From NCBI GenBank assembly GCA_964016885.1, contig CAXHJY010001325.1, forward strand, positions 6,373 through 70,372: a stretch of DNA of 64,000 nt. The letters run 5' to 3'. How positions within the stretch are numbered: position 1 is the first letter of the stretch; every line of letters starts with the position of its first letter. Shown here one piece after another: positions 1 through 13,898 of this stretch. The translations under genes were made by a program, and so were the position numbers. The DNA is from Eledone cirrhosa (lineage: Eukaryota). The notes under the pieces are model-generated. The model was given only the letters and a program-made list of their open reading frames with translations. It had not been told where the DNA came from and did not search any database.

Positions 1-10
1 ATATATATAC

Positions 11-59
<49 letters not shown>

Positions 60-75
60 TACATATATATACATA

Positions 76-868
76 TCATCATCATCATCATCATCATCAG
101 CGTTTAACGTCCGTGTTCCACGCTTGCATGGGTTTGGACGGGGGTAGTCCCACTTGAGGCAAGAGTGATTGTCTTGCTCGCATAGGACTGTCTGGCAGGT
201 TTTCTACAGTTGGATGCCCTTCCTAACACCAACCACATTTACAGTGTGGGTCTGGGAGGTTTTTACCGTGTTGCCTACACGGCCACATTACAGCGTGGAC
301 TGTGTGTTTTTTTGTCGTGACACCTACACGATCTCATTTGTTTCGGCCTCGATGGCGCGGCACCAACATAACTTTACATAGAACGGGGTGGTGTGGATCG
401 GGTGGGGGTGGTGGGACGGGGTGTATTTGTTAGAGATGCCTACTGGCTGGAGTAGGTTTTACTATATATTTAGGTAAGGCGGGTCTTCTCTGTTACTGAG
501 TACCGCCAAAGGTCTCGGTCCAGTGACATTGTCTTGGAGAGGTGTAAGTGTGTGATGTCGGAGTTTATCAGCTCGTCCCAGGTTTTTCTAGGTCTGCCTA
601 TTCCGTGACTACCGTCTATCTTTATTGCCCTGCACTTTGTTATACAGCTATCGACTTTCATGCGCATCACGTGTCCATACCAACGTAGCCTTCTCTCGAG
701 TAAACAACATCTGATCCCTCTTATCTCTAATTTATTCCTTAGTTCGTTTATGCTTTGCCGTTCACGTATATTACTATTACACATCCAGCGGAGCATGCAA
801 GCTTCGTTCCTCTCTAGTCTGCGTATATCCTCTGCACACAATGCCCAGGTCTCACTGCCATGCAGCAT
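76..868 (-). mobile_element. 5'-truncated RTE-clade LINE (family RTE-a): ORF C-terminus, 3' UTR and (GAT)n tail
   Basis: Minus-strand peptide MLHGSETW...[12 protein letters not shown]...GRPRKTW (ORF 470-868), typical of RTE C-termini; (CAT)n at 76-99; near-identical copies at 18072 and 39058. Confidence 0.9.
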
Positions 869-992
869 ATATATACATATATACATATATATACATATAT
901 ATAAAAACATATATATATATATATACATATATATATACATATATATATATACATATATATATATATACATATACATATATATATATATATAT

Positions 993-1700
993 GTAGATAA
1001 ATCTACCAAAAGTTTACGGTAGTGTCCAATCCGTATGAAGAACTCAATGTAATCCGGATATCACGAAAAGAGAAGATGCATTCAAAAACTACTTTCGGTG
1101 AAAAATAAACGGAAAACAGAGTCAAGATAAATTAATAAAATAATGAATAAAGAAAGAACCATTCCTTATATTAAAAAAATTCATCATTTTACGATTGTTT
1201 CTAGGATATATATGTGTTAGAGTTGGTATGCATATTCTATAGATCTATGTACAATATTTATACAAACTATCAGAGGGAATATACATACCTACACATATAT
1301 ATGCTGTCTTCAGAAATAATGATATTTGTTTATTGAAAAAAACAAAGATTCAATACAATAGGTCTGTTTGGGAACAGGTTTTGAATTGACCAATAGAGAG
1401 ATAGTGAGGGTCAGGATAGTAATATAGTAGTAGAAGAACCTTAAATTATGGGTAGAGGAAGGTAGATTTCAGTTTTGGATGGAAAAGAATATTATGAATG
1501 AAGGATTATTTTAGGGAAGAAATAGGTCTTATGCTGACCTCAGAAATAATTTTATTTGTTCATTGAATAAAACCAACAAAGATTTGATATAGTCTGTCTG
1601 TTTGGTAACAGGTTTAGAATTAACCAATAGAAAGTTAATAATTGGCCAAATGGTAAAATAGTAGTAATTGAAGCTTATTTTAGGGGTGAAAATAGGTCAG
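993..1700 (-). mobile_element. Penelope-like terminal repeat/3' end (family HH-A) with a diverged ~230-bp internal tandem duplication
   Basis: Same terminus GTAGATAAATCTACC recurs at 9843, 20157 (reverse) and 53220, always abutting (TA)n; carries a hammerhead; 1310-1400 resembles 1540-1635; PLE origin inferred, no ORF seen. Confidence 0.6.
1181..1322 (-). ncRNA. Type I hammerhead ribozyme with very long stem II (HH-A)
   Basis: TCATTATTT-CTGAAGA-[ATATATATGTGT...ACACATATATAT]-GAAA-CAATCG-TA-AAATGATGA; 9-bp stem I. Confidence 0.7.
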
Positions 1701-1747
1701 GTGGTCAATAAAAGGTATACAAGCAGTTGCTGTTATAAAATAGTAAT

Positions 1748-1951
1748 TGTTTCTACTTTAGGCACAAGGCCAGCAATTACTCAGTACATTACTGGTACTT
1801 TATTTTATCGACCCCGTAAGGATGAAAGGCAAAGTTAACCTCGGCGGGATTTGAACTCAGACTGTAAAGGGACGTAACTATGCTAGAAAGCATGGCGTCC
1901 AACCCTCTACCGATACTGCCAATTCACCGCCCTGTTGCAATTCACCGCCAC
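1748..1951 (-). mobile_element. tRNA-derived SINE with 22-bp target site duplication
   Basis: A-box-like TGGCAGTATCGG and B-box GAGTTCAAATCCC on minus strand; GTTGCTGTTATAAAATAGTAAT repeated at 1726-1747 and 1952-1973. Confidence 0.85.
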
Positions 1952-2179
1952 GTTGCTGTTATAAAATAGTAATGCCAGTTCAAATATCTAAGGTGACTAA
2001 AGTTTTAAGATAAGAATGTTAGTGAAAAAAATACATCTATGAAAAGAATATAAATTAATTTAATTGATGGGTATATTTATATTGATAAAATTATACTAAT
2101 ACATATAGATATGATAAATAAGAGTTAGATGCAGTTGAAAAGTGCTGTTAAAGATGAGGGGAAATTAAAAGAATATAAA

Positions 2180-2216
<37 letters not shown>

Positions 2217-2237
2217 CACACATATATATATATACAT

Positions 2238-2282
<45 letters not shown>

Positions 2283-2442
2283 TATATACATACATATATA
2301 TATACATATATATACATATATATATATATACATACATATATATATACATATATATATATACATATATATATATACATACATATATATATACATATATATA
2401 CATATATATATACATATATATACATACATATATATATACATA

Positions 2443-2496
<54 letters not shown>

Positions 2497-2524
2497 CATA
2501 TATATACATATATATATATATATA

Positions 2525-3136
2525 CATGGTGGCTGCCAACTCGTTTTCGAGTACGGCCACTACTTTATATCCATGTAGGAGAACCCCTACCGATGCGCTG
2601 AACGAGTGTGACTTTTTAGTCCAGCCAGCGACTTGAAAACTCTGGTACAAACACTACACTTGTGACAATTACTGACACATAGTGCTGGGCCCATGGTACC
2701 ATGTGACGACAAGTGCAGAGAGATCTCCAGATATAAAGCAATGCCTGTGCCGTGAAGCTTTTATAGTGAGCAAAGGCACTGCACAAAGCCAGTCCCACTC
2801 TCTTAACCAAGATGATATTTACCAAAAAGAAGAACAAGTCAACATCATTGGATACCATCAGGGTTGCAGGTGTTATATCAGAGTTTTCCTTCTCCTAGAA
2901 TTCTGCCTTGACAAAGGCTAAGGGGTCATCTCTCCCGGTGATTTTGGATGGCCATTGACTCTTAAGAGCTCCTTTGCCCTTTGACAGGTTTTGTTTTTAG
3001 TCCTGCAGGATGTCCAAAGTCACCCTCCTCACCAAGAAACCTTGGTGGGGTTGCCAGTTTAGTCGCCAACGACCCGACCATGGGACAGGTGGTACTGGGA
3101 TACATGTTACCAGTAGCACCAACTGGTGACCTGACA
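2525..3136 (-). mobile_element. Non-autonomous ~610-bp retroelement 'A', copy 1 (RTE 5'UTR-like body plus 3' stem-loop)
   Basis: Five copies in window; contains CTAGGAGAAGGAAAACTCTG motif resembling RTE 5' UTRs; terminal stem-loop at 2529-2560; no credible ORF. Confidence 0.7.
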
Positions 3137-3476
3137 TATATGTATATATATACATACATATATATATACATATATATACATATATATATATATACATACA
3201 TATATATATACATATATATACATATATATATATATACATACATATATATATACATATATATATATATACATACATATATATATACATATATATACATATA
3301 TATATATATACATACATATATATATACATACATATATATATACATATATATACATATATATATATATACATACATATATATATACATATATATATATATA
3401 CATACATATATACATATATATATATATACATACATATATATATATATATATATACATATATACATATATATATATA

Positions 3477-3508
<32 letters not shown>

Positions 3509-3750
3509 CATACATATATACATATATATATATATACATACATATATACATATATATATATATACATACATATATACATATATATATATATACCTACATA
3601 TATACATATATATATATATATACATACATACATATATATATATATATACATACATATATACATATATATATATATACATACATATATACATATATATATA
3701 TATACATACATATATACATATATATATATATACATACATATATATATATA

Positions 3751-3786
<36 letters not shown>

Positions 3787-3954
3787 TACATATATATATG
3801 CATATATATATATATATACATACATATATATATACATATACATATATATATACATACATATATATATACATATACATACATATATATATACATATATATA
3901 TATATACATACATATATATATACATATATATATATATATACATACATATATATA

Positions 3955-4697
3955 TCATCATCATCATCATCATCATCACCGTTTTACGTCCGTTCTTCCA
4001 CGCTAGCATGGGTTAGACGGGTTGTCCTGTTGTGGGCAGTGTCTGGTCGGCTGACCATGCCTTGCTCATACAGGAACTGATCTGGCTTGATTTCTACAGC
4101 TGGATGCCCTTCCTAACACCAACCTCATTTACAGTGAGTGCTGGGTGCTTTTTCGTGGCGCCTACACGTCCACTTTACAGTGTGGGCTGGGTGCTTTTTT
4201 GCCGTGGCACCTCCACGACCACCTTGCGGTGGGGGGGGGGGGGGCATATTGTTTATATGCTTCAGCATGTACCCATGGGAGGTCGGGTACCCTGTATTAC
4301 TGCGTGACGCCAGAAGTCACGGTCGTGTGTCATTGACTTTGAGAGGTGTAGTTGGGTAAGGTCGGCTTTTATCACCTCATCCCAAGTCATCTTGGGTCTC
4401 CCCACTCCGCGGTTTCCATCAACTTCTAGTGCTCTGCACCTTTTTATGCAGCTGTCATCCTTCATACGCATCACATGTCCATACCAGCGTAACCGCCTCT
4501 CCTGCACGCAGCATTTGATTCCTCTTATGCTCAGTCTCTCTCTCAATTCATTTATGCTTTGTCGTTCACGTATATTACTGTTACACATCCATCGGAGCAT
4601 GCAGGCTTCGTTTCTCTCTAATCTACGTAAGTCTTCCACCTTCAGCGCCCAGGTCTCACTACCATGCAACATCGCTGTTCGGATACACGCATCATAC
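3955..4697 (-). mobile_element. 5'-truncated RTE LINE (family RTE-b)
   Basis: [16 protein letters not shown]...[12 protein letters not shown]...GRPKMTW; (CAT)n tail. Confidence 0.9.
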
Positions 4698-4747
4698 ATA
4701 TATATATATATACATACATATATATATATACATACATATATATATAC

Positions 4748-4778
<31 letters not shown>

Positions 4779-4821
4779 CATACATACATACATATATATA
4801 TATACATACATATATATATAC

Positions 4822-4852
<31 letters not shown>

Positions 4853-5078
4853 CATACATATATATATACATATATATATATATACATACATATATATATA
4901 CATATATATATATATACATACATATATATATATATATACATACATATATATATATATATATACATACATATATATATATATATATACATACATATATATA
5001 TATATACATACATATATATATATATATATACATACATATATATATACATACATATATATATATATATATATACATACA

Positions 5079-5156
<78 letters not shown>

Positions 5157-5243
5157 CATATACATATATATATATATACATACATATATATATATATACA
5201 TACATATATATATATATACATACATATATATATATATACATAC

Positions 5244-5358
<115 letters not shown>

Positions 5359-5398
5359 CATATATATACATATATATATATGTATATATATATGTATA

Positions 5399-6033
5399 TA
5401 TGTGTAACAGTAATATACGTGAACGACAAAGCATAAATGAATTGAGAGAGAGACTGAGCATAAGAGGAATCAAATGCTGCGTGCAGGAGAGGCGGTTACG
5501 CTGGTATGGACATGTGATGCGTATGAAGGATGACAGCTGCATAAAAAGGTGCAGAGCACTAGAAGTTGATGGAAACCGCGGAGTGGGGAGACCCAAGATG
5601 ACTTGGGATGAGGTGATAAAAGCCGACCTTACCCAACTACACCTCTCAAAGTCAATGACACACGACCGTGACTTCTGGCGTCACGCAGTAATACAGGGTA
5701 CCCGACCTCCCATGGGTACATGCTGAAGCATATAAACAATATGCCCCCCCCCCCCCCCACCGCAAGGTGGTCGTGGAGGTGCCACGGCAAAAAAGCACCC
5801 AGCCCACACTGTAAAGTGGACGTGTAGGCGCCACGAAAAAGCACCCAGCACTCACTGTAAATGAGGTTGGTGTTAGGAAGGGCATCCAGCTGTAGAAATC
5901 AAGCCAGATCAGTTCCTGTATGAGCAAGGCATGGTCAGCCGACCAGACACTGCCCACAACAGGACAACCCGTCTAACCCATGCTAGCGTGGAAGAACGGA
6001 CGTAAAACGGTGATGATGATGATGATGATGATG
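5399..6033 (+). mobile_element. RTE-b copy, inverted duplicate of 3955-4588
   Basis: Reverse-complement match to the 4-kb copy; the only difference I noticed is G/C homopolymer length. Confidence 0.9.
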
Positions 6034-6099
6034 ATACATATATATATACACATACATACATATATATATATACATATATATACATATATATATATATAC

Positions 6100-6136
<37 letters not shown>

Positions 6137-6155
6137 CATACATATATATATATAC

Positions 6156-6202
<47 letters not shown>

Positions 6203-6259
6203 CATATATATACATACATATACATATATATATATACATATATATACATATACATATAT

Positions 6260-6294
<35 letters not shown>

Positions 6295-6301
6295 CATATA
6301 T

Positions 6302-6332
<31 letters not shown>

Positions 6333-6339
6333 CATATAT

Positions 6340-6374
<35 letters not shown>

Positions 6375-6534
6375 CATATATACACATATATACATATATA
6401 TACATATATATACATATATACATATATATACATACATATATATATACATATATACATATATATACATACATATATATATATATTTACATATATATACATA
6501 TACATATATATACATACATATATATACATATACA

Positions 6535-6566
<32 letters not shown>

Positions 6567-6611
6567 CATATATATATATACATATATACATATATATATA
6601 TATACATATAA

Positions 6612-7885
6612 TGTAGGAGGTGAGTTTTATTGTACAATAAAGCAATGCAGATATCGGATAAGAACCACTCTACAGTTTGTGGGACTGGAGTATACATAAT
6701 ATATAAGAACAAAAGATGGTTAAAGGAGTTCCATGTATTTTATTATGCGCATTTCAAAAACAAATATCATCATGCAATAATATTTGTGTTTTCATCAGAT
6801 AAAACAGGAGGACATGATATGAAGGCTAAAAAACACTTGTGGATAGTTTAGTTTTAAATCAACATATGGGAAGTAGTTTTAGATTGATGTGTGATCTTGG
6901 AAAAAATATTTTATTTAGGGGGGGGGGGGGTGAAAAAAAGAGGAGGAGATGAGAGTGAAGGTGGAGAGGGAGGAGTATAGTGAGGAAGGATGAGATAGGA
7001 GGAGAGATGGGTGATAGAGAGAGAGAGATAGTTTTTATAACTGAGAAAGATATATTGTTTTACATAGAGAGGTTGAAAACCGTTGGAAGATAATGAATAA
7101 ATTAAAAGAATTTGAAAATTAACGAAGAGAAAAAGAGAAAAATATGTGCGAAGAAAGAGAAGGAGTTAATATGTACTGAGAATAATGAGTTAGATGATAG
7201 GGAGAAAAGAATAATGAATTGCGGATGAATATTCTAACGTCAAAAAAAATTGTATATGTTTACGAAGGATTTTTATAAGGTGATATAGAGTAAGAATGTG
7301 TTGTATTATGTAATAATTGATTCTATGTTAGGCAAGAGTGAGAAAAGGTACAGATTAGGGGTTAGATATTAGAAGAGAAGAAAAGGAAGTGATAAATATG
7401 GGTATTATAGAAATTTGAAAATTAACAAAGAAAATTAACAAAGAGAAAAATAATGTAAAGTTAAGGTTTGTATATTGAAGGATTTGAGAAAAATAATGTA
7501 AAGTTAAGGTTTGTATATTGAAGGATTTGATAATATGTGCGAAGAAAAAGAAAATGTTAATATGTATTGAGAATAATGAGTTAGATGATAGAGAGAAAAG
7601 AATAATGAATTGAGGATGAATAATCTAGCGTAAAAAAAAATGTATATGTTTACAAAGGATTTTACAAGGTGATATAGAGTAAGAGTAATGAGTAAGCAAG
7701 TATTATAGAATGTATAATAACCTTTGAAATAAGGTAGAAAGATGGTTATATTTTTAAAAGAAGTGTATATATATGTGCCTTTGAGAAAAAGATTCTAAAT
7801 TGATAAAGAATTAAATATTAGCTAAATTCCATAAAAGATTTCACAAAGTATACAGCTAATATTCAATTGTTTATTAATTTAGAAT
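6612..7885 (-). mobile_element. Penelope-like 3' end (family HH-B) with long AT-rich UTR
   Basis: Terminus GTAGGAGGTGAG recurs at 12110 and 32410; hammerhead at 6738-6804; internal duplications 7141-7295 / 7532-7684; right boundary approximate. Confidence 0.55.
6738..6804 (-). ncRNA. Minimal type I hammerhead (HH-B)
   Basis: TTTTAT-CTGATGA-stem II-GAAA-TGCGCA-TA-ATAAAA; palindromic stem III ATGCGCAT. Confidence 0.8.
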
Positions 7886-9523
7886 TCGTGACACCTACAC
7901 GATCTCATTTGTTTCGGCCTGGATGGTGTGGCACCAACATAACTTGACATAGAAGGAGGCGGTGTGGATGGGGTGGGGTGATGGGACGGGGGTGTATTTT
8001 TTTAGAGATGCCTACTGACAGTAGTAGGTTTTACTTTGTATTTAGGTAAGGCGGGTCTTCTCTATTACTGAGTACCGCCAAAGATCTCGGTCCAGTGACA
8101 TTGTCTTGGAGAGGTGTAAGTGTGTGAGGTCGGAGTTTATCAGCTCGTCCCAGGTTTTTCTGGGTCTGCCTATTCCATGGCTACCGTCTATCTTTATTGC
8201 CCTGCACTTTGTTATACAGCTATCGTCCTTCATGCGCATCACGTGTCCATACCAACGTAGCCTTCTCTCAAGTAAACAACATCTGATCCCTCTTATTTCT
8301 AATTTTTTCCTTAGTTCGTTTATGCTTTGTCGTTCACGTATATTACTATTACACATCCAGCGGAGCATGCAAGCTTCGTTTCTCTCTAGTCTGGTATATC
8401 CTCTGCACACAATGCCCAGGTCTCACTGCCATGCAACATTGCTGTTCGTATGCAGGCATCGTACAACCTGCCTTTCATTTTTAGGGAGAACCCTTTAGCG
8501 GCTAATAGTGGTATAAGCTCTCTGAACTTTTTCCAACCAGTTCTGACTCTAGCTACTGTACTTTCAGAGCACCCTCCCCCACTGCTGATTTTGTCACCCA
8601 GGTAATGGAAGCTGTCCACTATTTCTATAGAATCCTCTGCGCAGTTGAAAGAGCTAGTATTTTGTGGGCACTTGCTGCTACTTATTGCCCCAGAACACCG
8701 GCCACATGTAAAATCTATGTTCTTAGTTAGCTTACCTGTGATCCCACTACATCTTTTATGCACCCAAACTTTGCATTTGGGACACAAAATGGAATTTCTA
8801 CCTACGCCTTTCCTACACTCTGCGCATGGACACTTCCCGGAGGGGACCGCCGCCTTATTTTCTTTCTTACAAACTAGAACTTTAGTCTTAGCCAGGTTAA
8901 TTTTAAGGCCTTTTGAATCTAGGCCGTGCTTCCATGTTTGGAATTTCTTCTCTAGCTCGGCCATTGATTCAGCTATGAGCGTTAGATCATCTGCGTATAG
9001 GAGTTCCCATGGGCAGCCGGTCTTGAACTCCACTGTTATAGCCTGGAGGGCAATAATAAATAGTAGGGGGCTAAGAACAGAGCCCTGATGAACACCAACT
9101 TTTACACTAAACTCTTCACTATATTCGAACCTTGCTGACTGTTTCTTTATACATGGCTTGTATAGCTCTCACAAGCCATTCATCAACACCTAGTTTTCTA
9201 AGAGCCCACCAGATAATGGAACGGGGGACTCTGTCGAAGGCCTTCTCCAAGTCGACGAAAGCTAAGTATAGGGGTTTACTTTTAGCTAGGTACTTCTCCT
9301 GTAGTTGTCGTACAATGAAAAGAGCGTCTGTGGTACTTTTTCCTGACACAAACCCGAACTGCATTTCATCTAGATCAATTCGCTCTCTGATTAGTTGCGC
9401 TATTACTTTTCCCGTGACCTTCATGACCTGGTCGATTAATTTAATGCCTCTATAGTTACTCCTATCTAGGGCATCTCCTTTACCCTTATAACAGTTAACG
9501 ATGATGCTGCTATGCCAGTCCTA
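7886..9523 (-). mobile_element. RTE-a LINE fragment, RT domain pseudogenised
   Basis: [19 protein letters not shown] and LLYADD motifs; frameshifts near 8393 and 9128. Confidence 0.92.
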
Positions 9524-9742
9524 CATATATATATATATATACATACACATATATACATAAATATATATATACACACACATATATATATACACATATATAT
9601 ATATATACACACATATATATATATATACACATATATACATATATACATATATATATACACATATATATATACACATATATATATACACATATATATATAT
9701 ACACATATATATATACACATATATCTATATATATATATATAT

Positions 9743-9819
<77 letters not shown>

Positions 9820-9842
9820 TACATATATATATATATACATAT

Positions 9843-9964
9843 GTAGATAAATCTACCAAGAGTATACCAATTATAACACATATATGCCCTAGAAACGATC
9901 GTTAAATAGTGAACTTTTTTTGTTTAATATAAGGAATTGTTTGTTCATTATTTGTTTAATATTT

Positions 9965-9968
<4 letters not shown>
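9843..9968. mobile_element. Mini HH-A insertion: 21-bp terminus joined to an inverted internal segment
   Basis: Matches 993-1013, then the opposite strand with the 3' half of the hammerhead (GAAACGATCGTT). Confidence 0.7.
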
Positions 9969-10019
<51 letters not shown>

Positions 10020-10228
10020 CCCTATATATATACAACATATATATATACATATATATATACATATATATACATATATATATATACATATATATACATATAT
10101 ATATACATACATACATACATACATATATATACATATATATATACATACATATATATATACATACATATATATATACATACATATACATATATATATATAT
10201 ACATACATATATATACATATATATATGT

Positions 10229-10261
<33 letters not shown>

Positions 10262-10535
10262 CATACATACATATATATACATATATATATATATATATAC
10301 ATACATATATATACATATATATATATATACATACATATATATACATATATATATATATACATACATACATATATATACATATATATATACATACATACAT
10401 ATATACATATATATATACATACATACATACATATATACATATATATATACATACATACATATATATATATACATATATATATACATACATACATATATAT
10501 ATATATACATATATTTATACATACATACATATATA

Positions 10536-11147
10536 CATGGTGGCTGCCAACTCGTTTTCGAGTACGGCCACTACTTTATATCCATGTAGGAGAACCCCTA
10601 CCGAAGCGCTGAACGAGTGTGACTTTTTAGTCCAGCCAGCGACTTGAAAACTCTGGTACAAACACTACACTTGTGACAATTATTGACACATAGTGCTGGG
10701 CCCATGGTACCATGTGAGGACAAGTGCAGAGAGATCTCCAGATATAAAGCAATGCCTGTGCCGTGAAGCTTTTATAGTGAGCAAAGGCACTGCACAAAGC
10801 CAGTCCCACTCTCTTAACCAAGATGATATTTACCAAAAAGAAGAACAAGTCAACATCATTGGATACCATCAGGGTTGCAGGTGTTATATCAGAGTTTTCC
10901 TTCTCCTAGAATTCTGCCTTGACAAAGGCTAAGGGGTCATCTCTCCCGGTGATTTTGGATGGCCATTGACTCTTAAGAGCTCCTTTGCCCTTTGACAGGT
11001 TTTGTTTTTAGTCCTGCAGGATGTCCAAAGTCACCCTCCTCACCAAGAAACCTTGGTGGGGTTGCCAGTTTAGTCGCCAACGACCCGACCATGAGACAAG
11101 TTGTACTGGGATACATGTTACCAGTAGCACCAACTGGTGACCTGACA
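10536..11147 (-). mobile_element. Element A copy 2
   Basis: Near-identical to 2525-3136. Confidence 0.75.
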
Positions 11148-11179
11148 TATATACATACATATATACATACATACATATA

Positions 11180-11947
11180 TCATCATCATCATCATCATCA
11201 CCGTTTTACGTCCGTTCTTCCACGCTAGCATGGGTTAGACGGGTTGTCCTGTTGTGGGCAGTGTCTGGTTGGCTGACCATGCCTTGCTCATACAGGAACT
11301 GATCTGGCTTGATTTCTACAGCTGGATGCCCTTCCTAACACCAACCTCATTTACAGTGAGTGCTGGGTGCTTTTTCGTGGCGCCTACATGTCCACTTTAC
11401 AGTGTGGGCTGGGTGCTTTTTTGCCGTGGCACCTCCACGACCACCTTACGGTGGGGGGAGTGGGGGCATATTGTTTATATGCTTCAGCATGTACCCATGG
11501 GAGGTCGGGTACCCTGTATTACTGCGTGACGCCAGAAGTCACGGTCGTGTGTCATTGGCTTTGAGAGGTGTAGTTGGGTAAGGTCGGCTTTTATCACCTC
11601 ATCCCAAGTCATCTTGGGTCTCCCCACTCCGCGGTTTCCATCAACTTCTAGTACTCTGCACCTTTTTATGCAGCTGTCATCCTTCATACGCATCACATGT
11701 CCATACCAGCGTAACCGCCTCTCCTGCACGCAGCATTTGATTCCTCTTATGCTCAGTCTCTCTCTCAATTCCTTTATGCTTTGTCGTTCACGTATATTAC
11801 TGTTACACATCCATCGGAGCATGCAGGCTTCGTTTCTCTCTAATCTACGTAAGTCTTCCACCTTCAGCGCCCAGGTCTCACTACCATGCAACATCGCTGT
11901 TCGGATACACGCATCATACAGTCTGCCTTTCATTCTGAGGGAGAAGA
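11180..11947 (-). mobile_element. 5'-truncated RTE-b LINE
   Basis: Same peptide and 3' UTR as 3955-4697. Confidence 0.9.
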
Positions 11948-12109
11948 TACATATGTATATACATACATACATATATATATATACATATATATATACACAT
12001 ATATATATACATACATACATATATATATATACATATATATATACATACATACATATATATATACATACATACATATATATATATACATATATATATACAT
12101 ACATACATA

Positions 12110-12342
12110 TGTAGGAGGTGAGTTTTATTGTAGTACAATAAAGCAATGCAGATATCGGATAAGAAGCACTCTACAGTTTGTAGGACTGGAGTATACTCCA
12201 CAAGTGTTTTTTAGCCTTCATATCACGTTCTCCTGTTTTATCTGATGAAAACACAAATATTATTGCATGATGATGTTTGTTTTTGAAATGCGCATAATAA
12301 AATACATGGAACTCCTTTAACCATCTTTTGATCTTATATTAC
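12110..12342. mobile_element. HH-B terminal repeat with internal inversion
   Basis: 12110-12196 colinear with 6612-6695; 12197-12342 is the adjacent segment inverted. Confidence 0.8.
12236..12302 (+). ncRNA. Minimal type I hammerhead (HH-B)
   Basis: CTGATGA 12242-12248, GAAA 12285-12288, TGCGCA-TA, stem I TTTTAT/ATAAAA. Confidence 0.8.
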
Positions 12343-12367
12343 ATACATACATATATATATATATACA

Positions 12368-12399
<32 letters not shown>

Positions 12400-12479
12400 C
12401 ATATATATATATACATATATATATACATATATATATACATATATATATATACATATATATATATACATATATATATATA

Positions 12480-12790
12480 TGACGCAAGACAAATTCAAAA
12501 TGCGTTATTACTCATATGTCGCATCCTTTCGACATCCAGAAAAAAGATTTACAACAGCTCTGGCTAGCAGAATTTGGGATTTGAAAGACCAAGGCATCCA
12601 ATATAAATTGGATTGGTCAATTTTGAACCAATCTAAAGAATATGCAAGAGGAACAAGAAAATGCACGCTCTGCATAAATGAAAAATATTTAATTTTGCAA
12701 AATCTTAAATCACCAAAGACCTGCCTGAACACAAAGACGGAAATTTTCACCAGTTGCCCACACATGAAATCACACCTGCTTTCCAGCTCA
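12480..12790 (+). pseudogene. Penelope-like GIY-YIG endonuclease C-terminal fragment
   Basis: [36 protein letters not shown] pattern, isolated between TA tracts. Confidence 0.7.
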
Positions 12791-12815
12791 TATATATATA
12801 TACATATATATATAT

Positions 12816-12858
<43 letters not shown>

Positions 12859-13124
12859 TATAAATCTACATATATATATATATACATATATATATATCTA
12901 CATATATATATCTACATATATATATACATATATATATATACATATTTTCGTTGCTATGGCAATGCGGCTGGACTGCCGATCACTATATTTGATTTGCAAA
13001 GCTGTCTAAACGTATTGTTATTACTCTGGGGTACTATTCCCTATTGAGTGCTAAAGCTACATCCCGAATTTGCATTCGTTAGCTTGGCTGCAACCTAAAG
13101 CTTCGTTAATGCTGTACTAAAATT

Positions 13125-13173
<49 letters not shown>

Positions 13174-13261
13174 GAAAAAGCACGTGATAGTTGAGGCATT
13201 AGCCACTGCTAACAAGAGTGGCTTACTCCTTCATACCACACCGGGTCAAGGCACAGAACAG

Positions 13262-13384
13262 AAACCTGTTGATAACATGAATCCTCAGTTCGGTCTTCAA
13301 ACACCAAAAACTTGCATACTTGATTTTGGATTCATAGAAACCTATTGGAGAAACGACGATCTGCCTCCAAGATGGTCCAGGTTT
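13262..13384 (+). ncRNA. Type I hammerhead with U3-A8 variant core (HH-D)
   Basis: AAACCTG-TTGATAA-C-ATGAATCC...GGATTCAT-A-GAAA-CC..TTGGAG...CTCCAA..GG-TC-CAGGTTT. Confidence 0.7.
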
Positions 13385-13667
13385 GTTTATTAACCTGTTG
13401 GTTTTTTCATTGCTTCGGTGTCGTGGCTAGGCTTGACTGCCACAGGTTTCAATTTGTGATGCTGTCTAACGAATGTTATTACTCTGAGATTCCTCATGGA
13501 GAGCTTGGCTTCATAATTCCTGATAGTATCTCGTTGGCTTGGCTACAGCCGAAGCTTCAATTTTACTAAACTTCCATTTGTATATATATATATTTATATA
13601 TCACAGCACGCCATTTTTCATTCCTATATATATACATATATATACACACACATAAATATATAAACAC

Positions 13668-13728
<61 letters not shown>

Positions 13729-13898
13729 TTTATATGCACACACACACACATACAGACACACATATATACATACACATATATATATACATACATACACACA
13801 CACACACACATATATATCTATGTATATATATCTACGTATATATATATATATATACATATATACAAATATATGTCTATATTTGTATTACAAATTTTTCT

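Noticed and set aside
2616-2921. Recurring ~80-aa ORFs in element A
   Set aside because: No recognisable motif and disrupted in other copies; recurrence reflects copy identity
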